A DNA stretch of 64,000 bases, from NCBI GenBank assembly GCA_963931445.1, contig OZ007016.1, forward strand, positions 1,475,279 to 1,539,278, given 5' to 3'. This stretch comes from an uncultured Clostridia bacterium. GTDB lineage: Bacteria; Bacillota; Clostridia; TANB77; CAG-508. Under the pieces are notes generated by a model. That model was not told the origin of the DNA, searched no databases, and saw only the letters and a list, made by a program, of their open reading frames with translations. This document shows positions 1 through 10,807 of this stretch, piece by piece (position 1 is the stretch's first letter; each line of letters starts with the position of its first letter). Made by a program: the position numbers and the translations under genes.

Positions 1-298
1 TCTTCTGGAATATTTAATATATGTGCTAAATGCCAAGCAATTGCTTCTCCTTCACGATCAGGGTCAGTTGCAAGATATACTTTTTTTGCCTTTTTAGCAT
101 CTGCTTTTAAAGATTTTATTAAATCTCCTTTTCCTCTAATATTTATATATTCTGGTTCAAAATCATTTGCTATATCTATTCCTATTTTTGATTTTGGTAA
201 ATCTCTAATATGTCCCATAGAAGCAACAACTTTAGTATTGCTTCCTAAAAACTTTTTTATGGTATTTGCCTTTGCAGGTGATTCAACAATTATTAATT
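1..298 (-). CDS. topA: DNA topoisomerase I, N-terminal Toprim part; gene runs off the window start
   Basis: Reverse-strand translation from ATG at 296-298 reads [22 protein letters not shown]...GHIRDLP...[13 protein letters not shown], the TopA Toprim motifs. Confidence 0.8.
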
Positions 299-628
299 TA
301 TCTGCCATTATCTATTTACTAATAATTTAAAATTATTAGTTTCTCCTTTCTCATATAAATATTTTTATATACCCTATAGTATAATACAGTATATTTACTT
401 TTTTTTCAAGTATTAGTTTTTTTTGAGTAACACGAAGCATTTTTGTTTATTATTTGAATTTCTATCTATAAGGGGGAAAATCTCGAAGTTAATGTGAATT
501 GTCATACTTTTATCTAATAGAATTTACTATTAGATGAAAAAACTAAGTAACTGTATATTTTTTATTATTTTATATTTGAAAATATACATATACTTAGTTT
601 TCAATAATTTTATGTATTAGTAACTTTA

Positions 629-939
629 TTATTCTGTAACAAATATATCAGATATTACATCATCTACAGATATTGGTGTTACCTTATTTGCCATTAATAT
701 ATTTAAAAGTCTGTTTATTTCTTGTTCTTTACTAGATATATTATTTACTATTTTAGATTCTATATTAAATTTTTCACTTTCTTCTTTCTTTTTAATTATT
801 TCTATTCCATATTTTCTTTCGTTTATTTCGGTTAAATTTCTTGTTTCATAGTATTCTAACTCTATTTTTTCATTTAGTTCTTCAGAATCATTTTTATCAA
901 TTGTTACTCTGCCGAAAAATTGTTTTTTGTATTCCATTA
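629..939 (-). CDS. hypothetical small protein (start moved to the internal ATG with a GGAGG RBS)
   Basis: AAAGGAGG lies 9 nt before ATG at 937-939. The product MEYKKQFFGRVTIDK... has no recognisable domain. Confidence 0.45.
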
Positions 940-1039
940 TTTGTTTTCCTCCTTTCGTAAACACATGTATTTTAATATAATACAAATACTTAAAAATATC
1001 AAGATATTTCGTAAGCCCAACTTCGACATTTTTCGACAT

Positions 1040-2155
1040 TTACTTTATTACTTTTTTTATTTCTTTATAAATTTCATCTTCTACATTTGGTTTTGCTATT
1101 TTAGAAGCATTTTTTCCCATTTCTCCTAATTTTGTTTTATCTTTTATTATTTCATTTATTGAATTTCCTAAAATTTCTGAATTTATATCTTTATCTAAAA
1201 TAATTCTAGCTGCATTTACTTTTTCTAATACTCTAGCATTATATTCTTGATGATTTTCAGTTGCATATGGGAATGGTATAAATATTGCAGGTTTTCCTAC
1301 TACTGATATTTCTGTAATTGTCATAGCACCACTCCTACAAACAATTAAATCTGAAATATTCATAACTTCTTCCATATTATATATATATGGAACAATTTTT
1401 GCATTATCTATTTTTTCTATATTAACATTAACTTTATTTAATTCAACTTTTATTTTATTATATTGTTCAGGTCCAACTGCCCACATTATTTGATAATCTT
1501 TATTTTTCTTATTTACAATAATCTCAATAAAACTTCTATTAATACTTTGCGCTCCTTGGCTTCCTCCAAAAACTAATACTACAGGTATATTAGGTTTTAA
1601 ACCTAATTCTATTTTTATTTTTTCTTTTTTGTTTTCACCATAATCTAATTTTTTTAGTTTTATTGGATTTCCTGTTACTATTACATTTTCTCTGTTGTCT
1701 AATCTTTCTTTTGCTTCTTTAAATCCTACTAATATTTTATCTGCTTTCTTTTTAAATAATTTTACTGCAATTCCTGGAAATGCATTGCTCTCATGTAAAA
1801 TTACTGGTATATTCATTTTTTTAGCTGCTATTACTGTAGGAACACAAATATATCCTCCTGTTCCTATTAATATATCTGGTTTAAATTCTTTTATAATTTT
1901 TTTTGCTTCATCTATAGACTTATATGTTGCATATAAGTTTTTAAAATTTTCTATAGTTATTTTTCTTTCAAGTCCATGAGCATTTATAGTTTCTAATTTA
2001 TAGCCTGCTCTTGGTACTAAATCATTTTCTAATCCTCTATTAGTTCCAATAAATAAAATTTCCGAATTTTTTTCTTTCTCTTTGATTTTATTGGCTATTG
2101 CTAAACCTGGATTTATATGTCCTCCTGTTCCTGCTGCTGCAATTATAGCTCTCAT
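1040..2155 (-). CDS. murG: UDP-GlcNAc:undecaprenyl-PP-MurNAc-pentapeptide GlcNAc transferase
   Basis: N-terminus MRAIIAAAGTGGHINPGLAIA and the GT28 family architecture; sits in the dcw cluster. Confidence 0.9.
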   Translation of the reverse strand: MRAIIAAAGTGGHINPGLAIANKIKEKEKNSEILFIGTNRGLENDLVPRAGYKLETINAHGLERKITIENFKNLYATYKSIDEAKKIIKEFKPDILIGTGGYICVPTVIAAKKMNIPVILHESNAFPGIAVKLFKKKADKILVGFKEAKERLDNRENVIVTGNPIKLKKLDYGENKKEKIKIELGLKPNIPVVLVFGGSQGAQSINRSFIEIIVNKKNKDYQIMWAVGPEQYNKIKVELNKVNVNIEKIDNAKIVPYIYNMEEVMNISDLIVCRSGAMTITEISVVGKPAIFIPFPYATENHQEYNARVLEKVNAARIILDKDINSEILGNSINEIIKDKTKLGEMGKNASKIAKPNVEDEIYKEIKKVIK

Positions 2156-2190
2156 ACTATCCCTCTTTCTTATTTAGTATAAACTGCATT

Positions 2191-3354
2191 TTATGATTTT
2201 AATTTAGATTTTGATATATTTAGTAATATTCCACACATTCCGAGCAAAATTATAAGTGCTGTTCCTCCTGCACTAAAGAAAGGCAATGAAATTCCTGTGT
2301 TTGGTATTGAATTAGTTACAACTGCTATATTTAAAGCCACTTGAATTAAAACCAAAGTGGTAATACCTGTAGCTAATAAACTTCCAAACATATCTTCTGC
2401 TTTCATAGCTATTAGTATTCCTCTCCATATAAATAGTGCAAATAAAAGAATAACTACTACACATCCAATAAATCCTAGTTCTTCTGCCAAAATTGCAAAT
2501 ATAAAGTCATTTTGTGGTTCTGATACATATAAATATTTTTGTTTGCTTTCTCCTAATCCAACACCAAATACACCACCTGATCCTATTGCATATAATCCTT
2601 GAATAGTTTGCCATCCTAATCCTGTTGCATCTTGCCATGGATCCATAAAGTTTAATATTCTTCCAAATCTAAAACTTAAATCTGCTGCTTTATCTCCAGC
2701 TGTTGATAAATATACTGCAAGTGCTGTACCACCTAGTCCTCCAACTGTAACTCCAGATACTATAAAATAAAATAGTCTACATCCTGCTACTATCATCATT
2801 ACAAATGTTATTACTGTCATAACTATACCAACACTCAAGTGATTTTGTATAAATAAAGCAATAGCTACTGGTATCATTAAATAAATCAATGGCTTAATAA
2901 AACCTTCTTTTAAATCTCTTAATTTATCTTTATAATCTGATAAATATCCAGCAAAAAATATTATTAATCCAACTTTAGTTATTTCTGATGGTTGAAATCT
3001 AATAAATCCTAAATCTATCCATCTTGTTGCTCCTGATGCAGAAGATCCTATTTTGGGTATTAAAACAAGTAGTAATATTCCTACTGAAAACCAATAAATT
3101 AACCAATAAAATCTTTTGTATATATGATAATCAACTCTTGATGCAATCCACATTACTACTAATCCTAAAACTGCAAATTGTAACTGACTAATTAAATATG
3201 TATAACTATTTCCAGTTTCAGCTAATGCAGAAGGTGCACTAGCTGATAAAACCATAACTATTCCAAATGCTAATAAAATTACTATTATTATTATCAAAAC
3301 AAAATCTACTTGCTTCCTTTTTTCTCGGTTTTGGCTCTTGACTTTATTTTGCAT
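2191..3354 (-). CDS. ftsW: FtsW/SpoVE-family peptidoglycan glycosyltransferase (SEDS)
   Basis: Polytopic membrane protein; its position between mraY and murG matches FtsW/RodA. Confidence 0.8.
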   Translation of the reverse strand: MQNKVKSQNREKRKQVDFVLIIIIVILLAFGIVMVLSASAPSALAETGNSYTYLISQLQFAVLGLVVMWIASRVDYHIYKRFYWLIYWFSVGILLLVLIPKIGSSASGATRWIDLGFIRFQPSEITKVGLIIFFAGYLSDYKDKLRDLKEGFIKPLIYLMIPVAIALFIQNHLSVGIVMTVITFVMMIVAGCRLFYFIVSGVTVGGLGGTALAVYLSTAGDKAADLSFRFGRILNFMDPWQDATGLGWQTIQGLYAIGSGGVFGVGLGESKQKYLYVSEPQNDFIFAILAEELGFIGCVVVILLFALFIWRGILIAMKAEDMFGSLLATGITTLVLIQVALNIAVVTNSIPNTGISLPFFSAGGTALIILLGMCGILLNISKSKLKS

Positions 3355-3397
3355 TATTTATATCAATCCTTTCTTAAGTGTAATATTAATATTGGTA

Positions 3398-4375
3398 TTA
3401 TATTATACATAAACCAATTATACAAAATAGTAAGGTAATTATGCTAAATACTGATACTATTTTATTCTCCTTCCAACCTGATAATTCAAAGTGATGATGT
3501 ATTGGTGTCATTTTAAACACTCTATTTCCAGTTTTCTTAAAATAAGCAACCTGTATCATTACAGATACTGTTTCTATTATTGGTATTATAGCTATAATCA
3601 ATAATAATAATGGCATTTTTAAATATAATGCAATACCTGCTATTGCTCCACCTAACATAAGTGATCCTGTATCTCCCATCATAACTTTAGCTGGATTTAA
3701 GTTAAATAATAAAAATCCTAAACATGCTCCTATTAATATAGTTCCTACTGCTGTTACTTCTTTTATTCCTAATAAAATAGATATTACAGTTAAACATGTA
3801 ATTATTATTGTTGTAACACTAGTAGATAATCCATCTATTCCATCTGTTAAATTAATTGCATTTGTTGTTGCAAGCATTACTAATACTGCAAATGGTATGT
3901 ATAACCATATTGGAAGAATCAAATATTCTTTTATAAATGGTATATATATTTGTGTACCCATATTAAGTACTTTTACAAGTACTATTGTATAGGCTACTGA
4001 CACAACTAATAATCCTAACATTTTTGCCCTTGGGCTTAATCCTTTTGTATTTTTTAATATTAATTTTTTAAAATCATCTATAAAACCAATTAATCCAAAT
4101 CCTACTGAAACACCTATTAATGGTAAAATAGCATTAGCTATTTTAGGTTGATCTTTTGCAAAATCCATGTATAAAAATCCACCTACTGCTATTAGTACCA
4201 AAATCATTATTATTCCACCCATAGTTGGTGTTCCCTGCTTTTTCAAGTGTGATTGTGGACCTTCTTCTCTTTCAATTTGACCGACTTTTAGCTTTCTTAA
4301 AATTGGTACTATAATTAAAGATAATATTACACTTGCTAAAAAGGATAATAGTAATATTTTGTTTTGATATTGCAT
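3398..4375 (-). CDS. mraY: phospho-N-acetylmuramoyl-pentapeptide transferase
   Basis: Multi-TM protein with MraY motifs (DDxxK..LxPxxxK-like, HHHFE) in dcw context. Confidence 0.9.
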   Translation of the reverse strand: MQYQNKILLLSFLASVILSLIIVPILRKLKVGQIEREEGPQSHLKKQGTPTMGGIIMILVLIAVGGFLYMDFAKDQPKIANAILPLIGVSVGFGLIGFIDDFKKLILKNTKGLSPRAKMLGLLVVSVAYTIVLVKVLNMGTQIYIPFIKEYLILPIWLYIPFAVLVMLATTNAINLTDGIDGLSTSVTTIIITCLTVISILLGIKEVTAVGTILIGACLGFLLFNLNPAKVMMGDTGSLMLGGAIAGIALYLKMPLLLLIIAIIPIIETVSVMIQVAYFKKTGNRVFKMTPIHHHFELSGWKENKIVSVFSIITLLFCIIGLCII

Positions 4376-4403
4376 ATATTTTCCTCCTTTGTCTTTATTT
4401 ATT

Positions 4404-5897
4404 TTATTTCTTTTTATTTTCTACCATTTCATCTATTATTTTATTTACTATTAGGTTTTCATCAAATGGATATCTTTTTTTATTTATCTCTTGATATTGT
4501 TCATGACCTTTTCCTGCAAGAACAATTATATCTTTTTTGTTTGCCATGCTTATTGCTTTTTTTATTGCCTCTACTCTATCTACAATACATTCATATTTTC
4601 CATTTGTCTTTTTTGTTCCTTTTTCTATGTCCATTATTATATCTTCTGGTTTTTCAGTTCTAGGATTATCTGATGTAATAATTGTATAATCTGCTACTCT
4701 TCCTGAAGCCTCTCCCATCATTGGTCTTTTATTTTTATCTCTATCTCCACCACATCCAAATACTGAAATTACTCTACCTTTTGTATATATTTTTACAGAT
4801 GATAATATTTTTTCTAAACTTTCTGGTGTATGTGCATAATCAATCATTATTGTTAAACCTAATTTATTTTCTACAAGTTCACTTCTTCCTGGTACTCTTA
4901 TATTTTCTAATGCTTCTTTTATATTTTCACTTTTGCATCCAAATTGCATAGATACAAATATTGCAGCTAATGAATTATATACACTAAATCTTCCTGGTAT
5001 AGATACTTTTACCCTTTCGTTCTTATCTCCTAATTTTACTTTAAAATCCACATACTGATTTGTTACAGTAATATCTTTTGCTAATAAATCACAATGATTA
5101 TCTATTCCATATGTTGAAAATTGACATTCTGGTACAAGTTTTGGAATTGTTATAGAATATACATCATCTGCATTTATAAATCCTTTTTTGCACATTTTAA
5201 ACAATTTTACTTTTGAACTAAAATACTCTTCCATATCTTGATGCTCTTTGCTACTAATATGATCTTCTGCTAAATTTGTAAATACTCCTATATCAAAATC
5301 ACATCCTGCCACTCTTTCTAATTTTAAGCTTTGTGATGATACTTCCATTACAACTGCTTCGCATTTTTCTTCTAGCATTTTACTAAATATTTCTTGTAAT
5401 TTCAAACTTTCTGGTGTTGTATTTTCGTTATCTGCAATCTTCTTATCTCCTACATATGAAGCTACAGTTCCTATTAAGCCTACTTTTATTCCCTGTTTTT
5501 GCAATATGTCTCTTATCATGTATGTAGTAGTTGTTTTTCCCTTAGTTCCTGTAACCCCTATTAATTTCATTTTCTTTGAAGGATTTTTATAAAAATTGCA
5601 TGCTGCTATTGCTAAAGCATATCTTGTATCCTTTGTTAAAACTAAAACTATATCTTCTGGAAATTCTTTTATTTTATTTTTATCAAATTCATTTTCTTGA
5701 GCTAATATTACTTTTGCACCATTTTTTATTGCATCCATAATATGTTCATGTCCATTTGTTTCAAAGCCTTTTATTGCTACAAACATATCATTTTCTTCTA
5801 CATCTTTAGAATTATTTTTAATATTTTTAACATTTATATCTATATTGCCTTTTACCTTTAAATCTTCTAATCCTAATAGAATACTTTTTAAATCCAT
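4404..5897 (-). CDS. murE: UDP-MurNAc-L-Ala-D-Glu:meso-DAP ligase
   Basis: Mur ligase domains with P-loop GVTGTKGKTTTT and the DNPR motif specific for DAP-adding MurE. Confidence 0.9.
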   Translation of the reverse strand: MDLKSILLGLEDLKVKGNIDINVKNIKNNSKDVEENDMFVAIKGFETNGHEHIMDAIKNGAKVILAQENEFDKNKIKEFPEDIVLVLTKDTRYALAIAACNFYKNPSKKMKLIGVTGTKGKTTTTYMIRDILQKQGIKVGLIGTVASYVGDKKIADNENTTPESLKLQEIFSKMLEEKCEAVVMEVSSQSLKLERVAGCDFDIGVFTNLAEDHISSKEHQDMEEYFSSKVKLFKMCKKGFINADDVYSITIPKLVPECQFSTYGIDNHCDLLAKDITVTNQYVDFKVKLGDKNERVKVSIPGRFSVYNSLAAIFVSMQFGCKSENIKEALENIRVPGRSELVENKLGLTIMIDYAHTPESLEKILSSVKIYTKGRVISVFGCGGDRDKNKRPMMGEASGRVADYTIITSDNPRTEKPEDIIMDIEKGTKKTNGKYECIVDRVEAIKKAISMANKKDIIVLAGKGHEQYQEINKKRYPFDENLIVNKIIDEMVENKKK

Positions 5898-5996
5898 TCT
5901 ATAAATTCCCCTTTCTCAATTTTATAATATGCCGTTTACATTATATAACTAATTTTTTTTTTTGTATATAGTTTAACATTTTTTTCTTACTTATTT

Positions 5997-8144
5997 TTAA
6001 TATTCTACAATTATATTTGTATTTTCATATACTTTTATACCATCTTTTGGTATTTGATTTGTTATTATTTTTTCTGAAACATCATCTTCATTAATATTTT
6101 CATACTTTATTCCTAATTTCATTTCTTTTAATTTCTCTTTTGCTTCTGAAATAGTCATACCTATTAAATTTGGAGTTTCTACTTCTGTTCTTATATCTTC
6201 TTGTTTAATATTATCTTCTTGTATTTCTAAATATGGAAGTACCTCTCCTAAAACTTGTGAACCTATTGGCGCCGCTACACCTCCTCCTTGGTGTCCCCCC
6301 TCACCTGTAGGATTATATAAAGTTATTAAAACAACTACTTGTGGATCTGATATTGGAGCTACTCCAATAAATGATGTTACATATTTTCCTGTATTAACAC
6401 CATCTTCTGATGTTCCAGTTTTTCCCCCTACTAAATACCCTTGAACTTGTGCATTTTTTCCTGTTCCTTCTGCCACAACTGTTCCCATCATACTCAAAAC
6501 ATCACTAGCAGTTTCTTTTGAAATTACATTTTTTATTTCTTCTATTGGTATTTCTCTAACCTCTCCAGTTTGACTATCTATAATTTCTTTTACAATACGA
6601 GGTTTAACATATGTACCATTATTTGCTATTGTGCTTACTGCAGTTATCATTTGCAAAGGTGTTATTTCAAATCTCTGACCGAAAGAAATAGTTGCAAGTT
6701 CAATAGGTCCTACTTTTTCTTCTTTTAAAAATATGCTACTTGCTTCTCCTGGAAGATCTATTCCTGTTTTTCTTAATAGACCAAATTTTTCAAGATAATC
6801 ATAATATTTACTAACACCTATTTGCTGTCCTAATCCTATAAATACAGGATTGCATGAATTCATAAGTGCTTGCCTTAAACTTTCTGGTCCATGAGGATTA
6901 TAGTATCTCCAACAACTAATTCTAACACCAGCAATTGTTATTCCCCCAGTACAACAAAACTCACCTTCTTTATCTGTTGTAGTTATTCCTTCTTCTAATG
7001 CAGCTGATGCTGTAATTAGCTTAAATGTTGAACCTGGTTCATAAGTATCTGCTACTGCTTTGTTTCTCCATACTTTTTGCATTTCTTTTATCTGTTCAGT
7101 TTCAGATAAATTATTCCAATTTGGTTTTAATTCATCAATTATTGTTTCATAAGGAGTATTTAAATTGTAATCTGGATAACCAGCCATTGCTAAAATATCT
7201 CCAGTTTTCGGATTCATTACTATTATATTTCCACCATCTGTACATTTATTGTCTATACATGCTTCTTTTAAATATTTTTCTGCTATTCCTTGTATTGTCG
7301 CGTCTATACTTAATACTAAACTATTTCCATCTATTGCTGAAATATATTCTTCTCCTTCACCTTCTATTTCTCCTCCATTTGCATCTGTCACTTTTGTTAT
7401 TTTTCCTTTTTCTCCTTGAAGTTCTTCTTCATAAATTGCTTCAATTCCATCTAATCCTTGATTATCATAGCCACAGAATCCAATTACTTGTGATGCTAAA
7501 CTGTTATATGGATAATATCTTTTAGTATCTTCATCAATATTTATTCCAATTTCTATATTATTATCGCTCATCCAAATTCTCAATTCATCAGATTTATTTT
7601 TTTCTACTCTTTTAGCTATTGTTTCAATTGAACTATTTTTACTTACTTTTTTTAAAACCTTTTCATATTCCAAATTAAAAATATTTGCTAGAGCTCTTGC
7701 AACTTTTTCTTTATTTTCTTTTGCTATATTATTTGGATTTACAGTTATTGTATTTACAGTACTACTTACTGCTAATATATTTTTACCAGTTGCATCATAT
7801 ATTGTTCCTCTTTTAGGGCTTATGGCTCTATCCATACTCTGCTGTATTAATGCCATTTGGCTTAATTTATCTCCATCAATAAATTGAATCCATGCTATTC
7901 TTATTACAAATAATAATGAACCTATAATTGAAAAAGTTAATAAAATTAATAATCTTTTTCTTCTACTTTTATCACTATTCTTTTTTTCTATTTTATTTTT
8001 TTCCTGCTTAATTTCTTTTTCATATTTTTTATTTTTTCTATTTTTTATTTTCTTTTTTATTTTTTCTAAAGTTTCTCCTTTTGCTTTTTTTTCATTTAAT
8101 AATATTTTTTGTCTTGGTGTCATCTTTTTCATATATTTTCTCAT
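5997..8144 (-). CDS. class B penicillin-binding protein (PBP2B/SpoVD family) with C-terminal PASTA domain
   Basis: N-terminal TM anchor, PBP dimerisation domain, transpeptidase motifs (STFK, SxN, KTGT) and a PASTA domain; sits between ftsL and murE. Confidence 0.85.
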   Translation of the reverse strand: MRKYMKKMTPRQKILLNEKKAKGETLEKIKKKIKNRKNKKYEKEIKQEKNKIEKKNSDKSRRKRLLILLTFSIIGSLLFVIRIAWIQFIDGDKLSQMALIQQSMDRAISPKRGTIYDATGKNILAVSSTVNTITVNPNNIAKENKEKVARALANIFNLEYEKVLKKVSKNSSIETIAKRVEKNKSDELRIWMSDNNIEIGINIDEDTKRYYPYNSLASQVIGFCGYDNQGLDGIEAIYEEELQGEKGKITKVTDANGGEIEGEGEEYISAIDGNSLVLSIDATIQGIAEKYLKEACIDNKCTDGGNIIVMNPKTGDILAMAGYPDYNLNTPYETIIDELKPNWNNLSETEQIKEMQKVWRNKAVADTYEPGSTFKLITASAALEEGITTTDKEGEFCCTGGITIAGVRISCWRYYNPHGPESLRQALMNSCNPVFIGLGQQIGVSKYYDYLEKFGLLRKTGIDLPGEASSIFLKEEKVGPIELATISFGQRFEITPLQMITAVSTIANNGTYVKPRIVKEIIDSQTGEVREIPIEEIKNVISKETASDVLSMMGTVVAEGTGKNAQVQGYLVGGKTGTSEDGVNTGKYVTSFIGVAPISDPQVVVLITLYNPTGEGGHQGGGVAAPIGSQVLGEVLPYLEIQEDNIKQEDIRTEVETPNLIGMTISEAKEKLKEMKLGIKYENINEDDVSEKIITNQIPKDGIKVYENTNIIVEY

Positions 8145-8234
8145 GATTTTGTCCTTTCATAAAATAATTATATTAATTAATTTTATGAAAGAAAATAAAA
8201 AAAAGACTAAAATATATATATAATATTTCAGTCT

Positions 8235-8741
8235 TTATTTTCCAAAAATAAAATCTACTAATTCTTCAAACCAATTTTTTTCTTCTTCTAAAACCACTTC
8301 TTCACTTGCAGTTTCTATATAATCTTCTTTATCTAAACTAACATATATTTTTTGGCTATTATCTAATTTTTGCATTCCTAATTTTTGTTCTGCCATTTTT
8401 TCAATATTAGATAAATTCAAACTATTCTCTAAATTAACTTTTAATTGTTCATTTTCTTTTTCTATAGCTGCTAAATTAGATTTTAATTTTTCATTTGCAT
8501 TAAAATTTTCATTTATTAAAGAGTTTCTATAACCTATAACAAGTAAACTAGCAAATATTAAACATATATATGTTATTATTTTTATTTGGCTTTTAATTTG
8601 TTTTTTAGTATTAATACTTTTTTGTTTTTTACTAATTGATGAAGACTTTTTTTGATATTGTCTTTTTATTGGTTTATATTCTGTTTCTACTTTACGGGGG
8701 CTAGTTTCATATTGGTATTTACTATACCTATAATATGCCAT
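8235..8741 (-). CDS. ftsL: FtsL-like cell-division protein (single TM, coiled coil)
   Basis: Small basic protein with one TM and a coiled coil, placed between rsmH and the PBP gene. Confidence 0.55.
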   Translation of the reverse strand: MAYYRYSKYQYETSPRKVETEYKPIKRQYQKKSSSISKKQKSINTKKQIKSQIKIITYICLIFASLLVIGYRNSLINENFNANEKLKSNLAAIEKENEQLKVNLENSLNLSNIEKMAEQKLGMQKLDNSQKIYVSLDKEDYIETASEEVVLEEEKNWFEELVDFIFGK

Positions 8742-8773
8742 AAGTTATTTTCACCTCTTTTACTTAATATTTT

Positions 8774-9713
8774 TTACTCTTTTGTTAATTTTTCAAATAT
8801 TCTTAATTTAGCACTTTTACTTCTACTATTTTCTGTTTGTTCTTCTAAATTTGGCAATATTGGTTTTTTAGTTAAAATTTTTCCATATGATTTATAATTA
8901 CATACACAATAAGGTAAATCTTTTGGGCATGTACATCTTCCTTCTGCTTCTATAAAAGCTTCTTTTACAATTCTATCTTCTAAAGAATGAAATGTAATTA
9001 CAGCTAATCTTCCTTTTTCTTTTAATAATTTTATTGAATTTAATACAGTATTATATAATGGTTCTAATTCGTTATTAACTTCAATTCTAATAGCTTGAAA
9101 TGTTCTTTTAGCCGGATGTCCATCATTTTGCTTTGATTTTGGAATTGAATTTTTAATAATTTCTACTAATTGTTCTGTAGTTTCTATTTTTTTATTTATT
9201 CTTTGTTTACAAATATTTTTAGCAATTAACTTAGAAAATTTTTCTTCACCATATTTATATATAATATCTGCTAATCTTTCTTCTGAATATTCGTTTACTA
9301 CATCTTCTGCAGTTAATTTTTGAGTTTTGTCCATTCTCATATCTAGTTTAGAATTTCCAATATAGCTAAATCCTCTATTTACTTCATCTAATTGATATGA
9401 TGACACTCCTAAATCTAATAAAATTCCATCTACTTTTTCTATATTTATAGAAGATAATATTGTATATATCTCATCATGATTTCCATGAATATATTTAACA
9501 TTTTTGTATTTTTCTAATCTTTTCTTTGCCGCTCTTAATGCTTCTTCATCTCTATCTATTCCTATAAGTAAACCATTTTCAGATAGTCTTTTTATAATTT
9601 CTTCACTATGTCCTGCTCCTCCGAAGCGTTCCATCTACATATATTCCATCTGGATTTATGTTTAGTCCTTCTATTGTTTCATTTAATAATACTGGTTTAT
9701 GTTTAAACTCCAA
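8774..9713 (-). CDS. rsmH: 16S rRNA m4C1402 methyltransferase RsmH/MraW; apparent +1 frameshift near 9637
   Basis: The ORF from 9634 starts inside the conserved GGAGHSE motif. Upstream, a different frame encodes [30 protein letters not shown], the RsmH N-terminus, from TTG at 9711-9713 behind a GAGGTG RBS. One extra base splits the gene. Confidence 0.75.
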
Positions 9714-9807
9714 ATTGCACACCTCATAGTTAAAAAATTATTATAACACAAGCAGTTGGCATAACAAATATATACCAACTTGCTTGTTATTTGCTTACTA
9801 TATAATT

Positions 9808-10102
9808 TTATCTTTTGTTTAATTTTTCTTTTGTTCATTAATTACTTTTCTTTGGTAAATATTTATGTATAAACAATCAACATTTTATCTTTTGAGAATT
9901 AAAATATCTTTTGTTTAATTAAACTTTTTATTTTGATCTTTTGTTTAATTTTTCTTTAGTAAATAACATTTTTTATCTTTTGTTAAATTTTTTTCTTCTA
10001 TCTTTTGCATATTTAAATTTCTTCTTTAGTTTAATTTATTATCTTATCTTTTTGTAAACAAATGGGTTATCTTTTGTGTTTTCTAATTTTATCATTTGTA
10101 AT
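9808..10102. repeat. About 10 dispersed copies of TATCTTTTGT(TTAA) in the 400-bp mraZ-rsmH spacer
   Basis: Copies start near 9808, 9827, 9885, 9904, 9944, 9973, 9998, 10039, 10067 and 10089. Confidence 0.7.
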
Positions 10103-10120
10103 ATATAAACTTTTTTAAAG

Positions 10121-10552
10121 TTATATACCTAACATTGTCATATTTTCAGCAATTTCATCAGCTGAAATATTTTCATCACTATTGTATTTTTTCCATTTTT
10201 CTTTGTTCCAAATTTCAATTCTAGTACCTACACCGATTATTGCAACTTCTTTTTCCATTTCTGCATAATCTCTTAAGTTACTAGCAATTAAAAATCTACC
10301 TTGCTTATCTATTTCGCATTCTGTAGCTCCTGATAAGAAAAATCTTACAAAATCTCTTGCATTTTTGTTTGTAAGTGGAAGTGTTTTTAATTTTTCTTCA
10401 AAGTTTGTCCATTCATTTTGTGAAAATCCAAATAAGCACCCATCAAGTCCTTTAGTTATTATAAATTTTTCTCCTAAGCATTCTCTTAATTTAGCTGGCA
10501 TTATTAATCTGCCTTTAGCATCTAGAGAATGTTCATATTCACCGATAAGCAC
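10121..10552 (-). CDS. mraZ: transcriptional regulator MraZ
   Basis: 143 aa with a duplicated MraZ/SpoVT-AbrB domain; first gene of the dcw cluster. Confidence 0.9.
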   Translation of the reverse strand: MLIGEYEHSLDAKGRLIMPAKLRECLGEKFIITKGLDGCLFGFSQNEWTNFEEKLKTLPLTNKNARDFVRFFLSGATECEIDKQGRFLIASNLRDYAEMEKEVAIIGVGTRIEIWNKEKWKKYNSDENISADEIAENMTMLGI

Positions 10553-10577
10553 TTAGTTTCACCTCTTTCTATTTTTA

Positions 10578-10610
10578 AACCACTTTTTACCACTTCTCTC
10601 CACTTCACTT
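10578..10610 (-). promoter_or_regulatory. Putative MraZ operator: three GTGG direct repeats at 10-bp spacing upstream of mraZ
   Basis: The minus strand reads GTGGAGAGAAGTGGTAAAAAGTGGTTT, matching the known MraZ box layout. Confidence 0.55.
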
Positions 10611-10677
10611 AAATTTTAATACAAGTATTAATAAAATGCAAGTATTTTTTTAAATTTTTTTAATTTTTTTATAAAAA

Positions 10678-10745
10678 GTTAATTAAAAAATTAAATTCTA
10701 TTCAAATAAAAGTAAATAGAATTTAATTGTATTTAATATTTTGTC
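10678..10745. repeat. AT-rich hairpin repeat B; second copy at 61067-61135
   Basis: TTAATTAAAAAATTAAATTCTATTNAAATAAAAGTAAATAGAATTTAATTGTATTT is nearly identical at both loci and carries a 16-bp inverted repeat. Confidence 0.7.
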
Positions 10746-10807
10746 ATAAAAATAAACCCTCCTTATTAAACTTTTTTTGTCTAATAATTGGGGTTCACTT
10801 CATTTTT

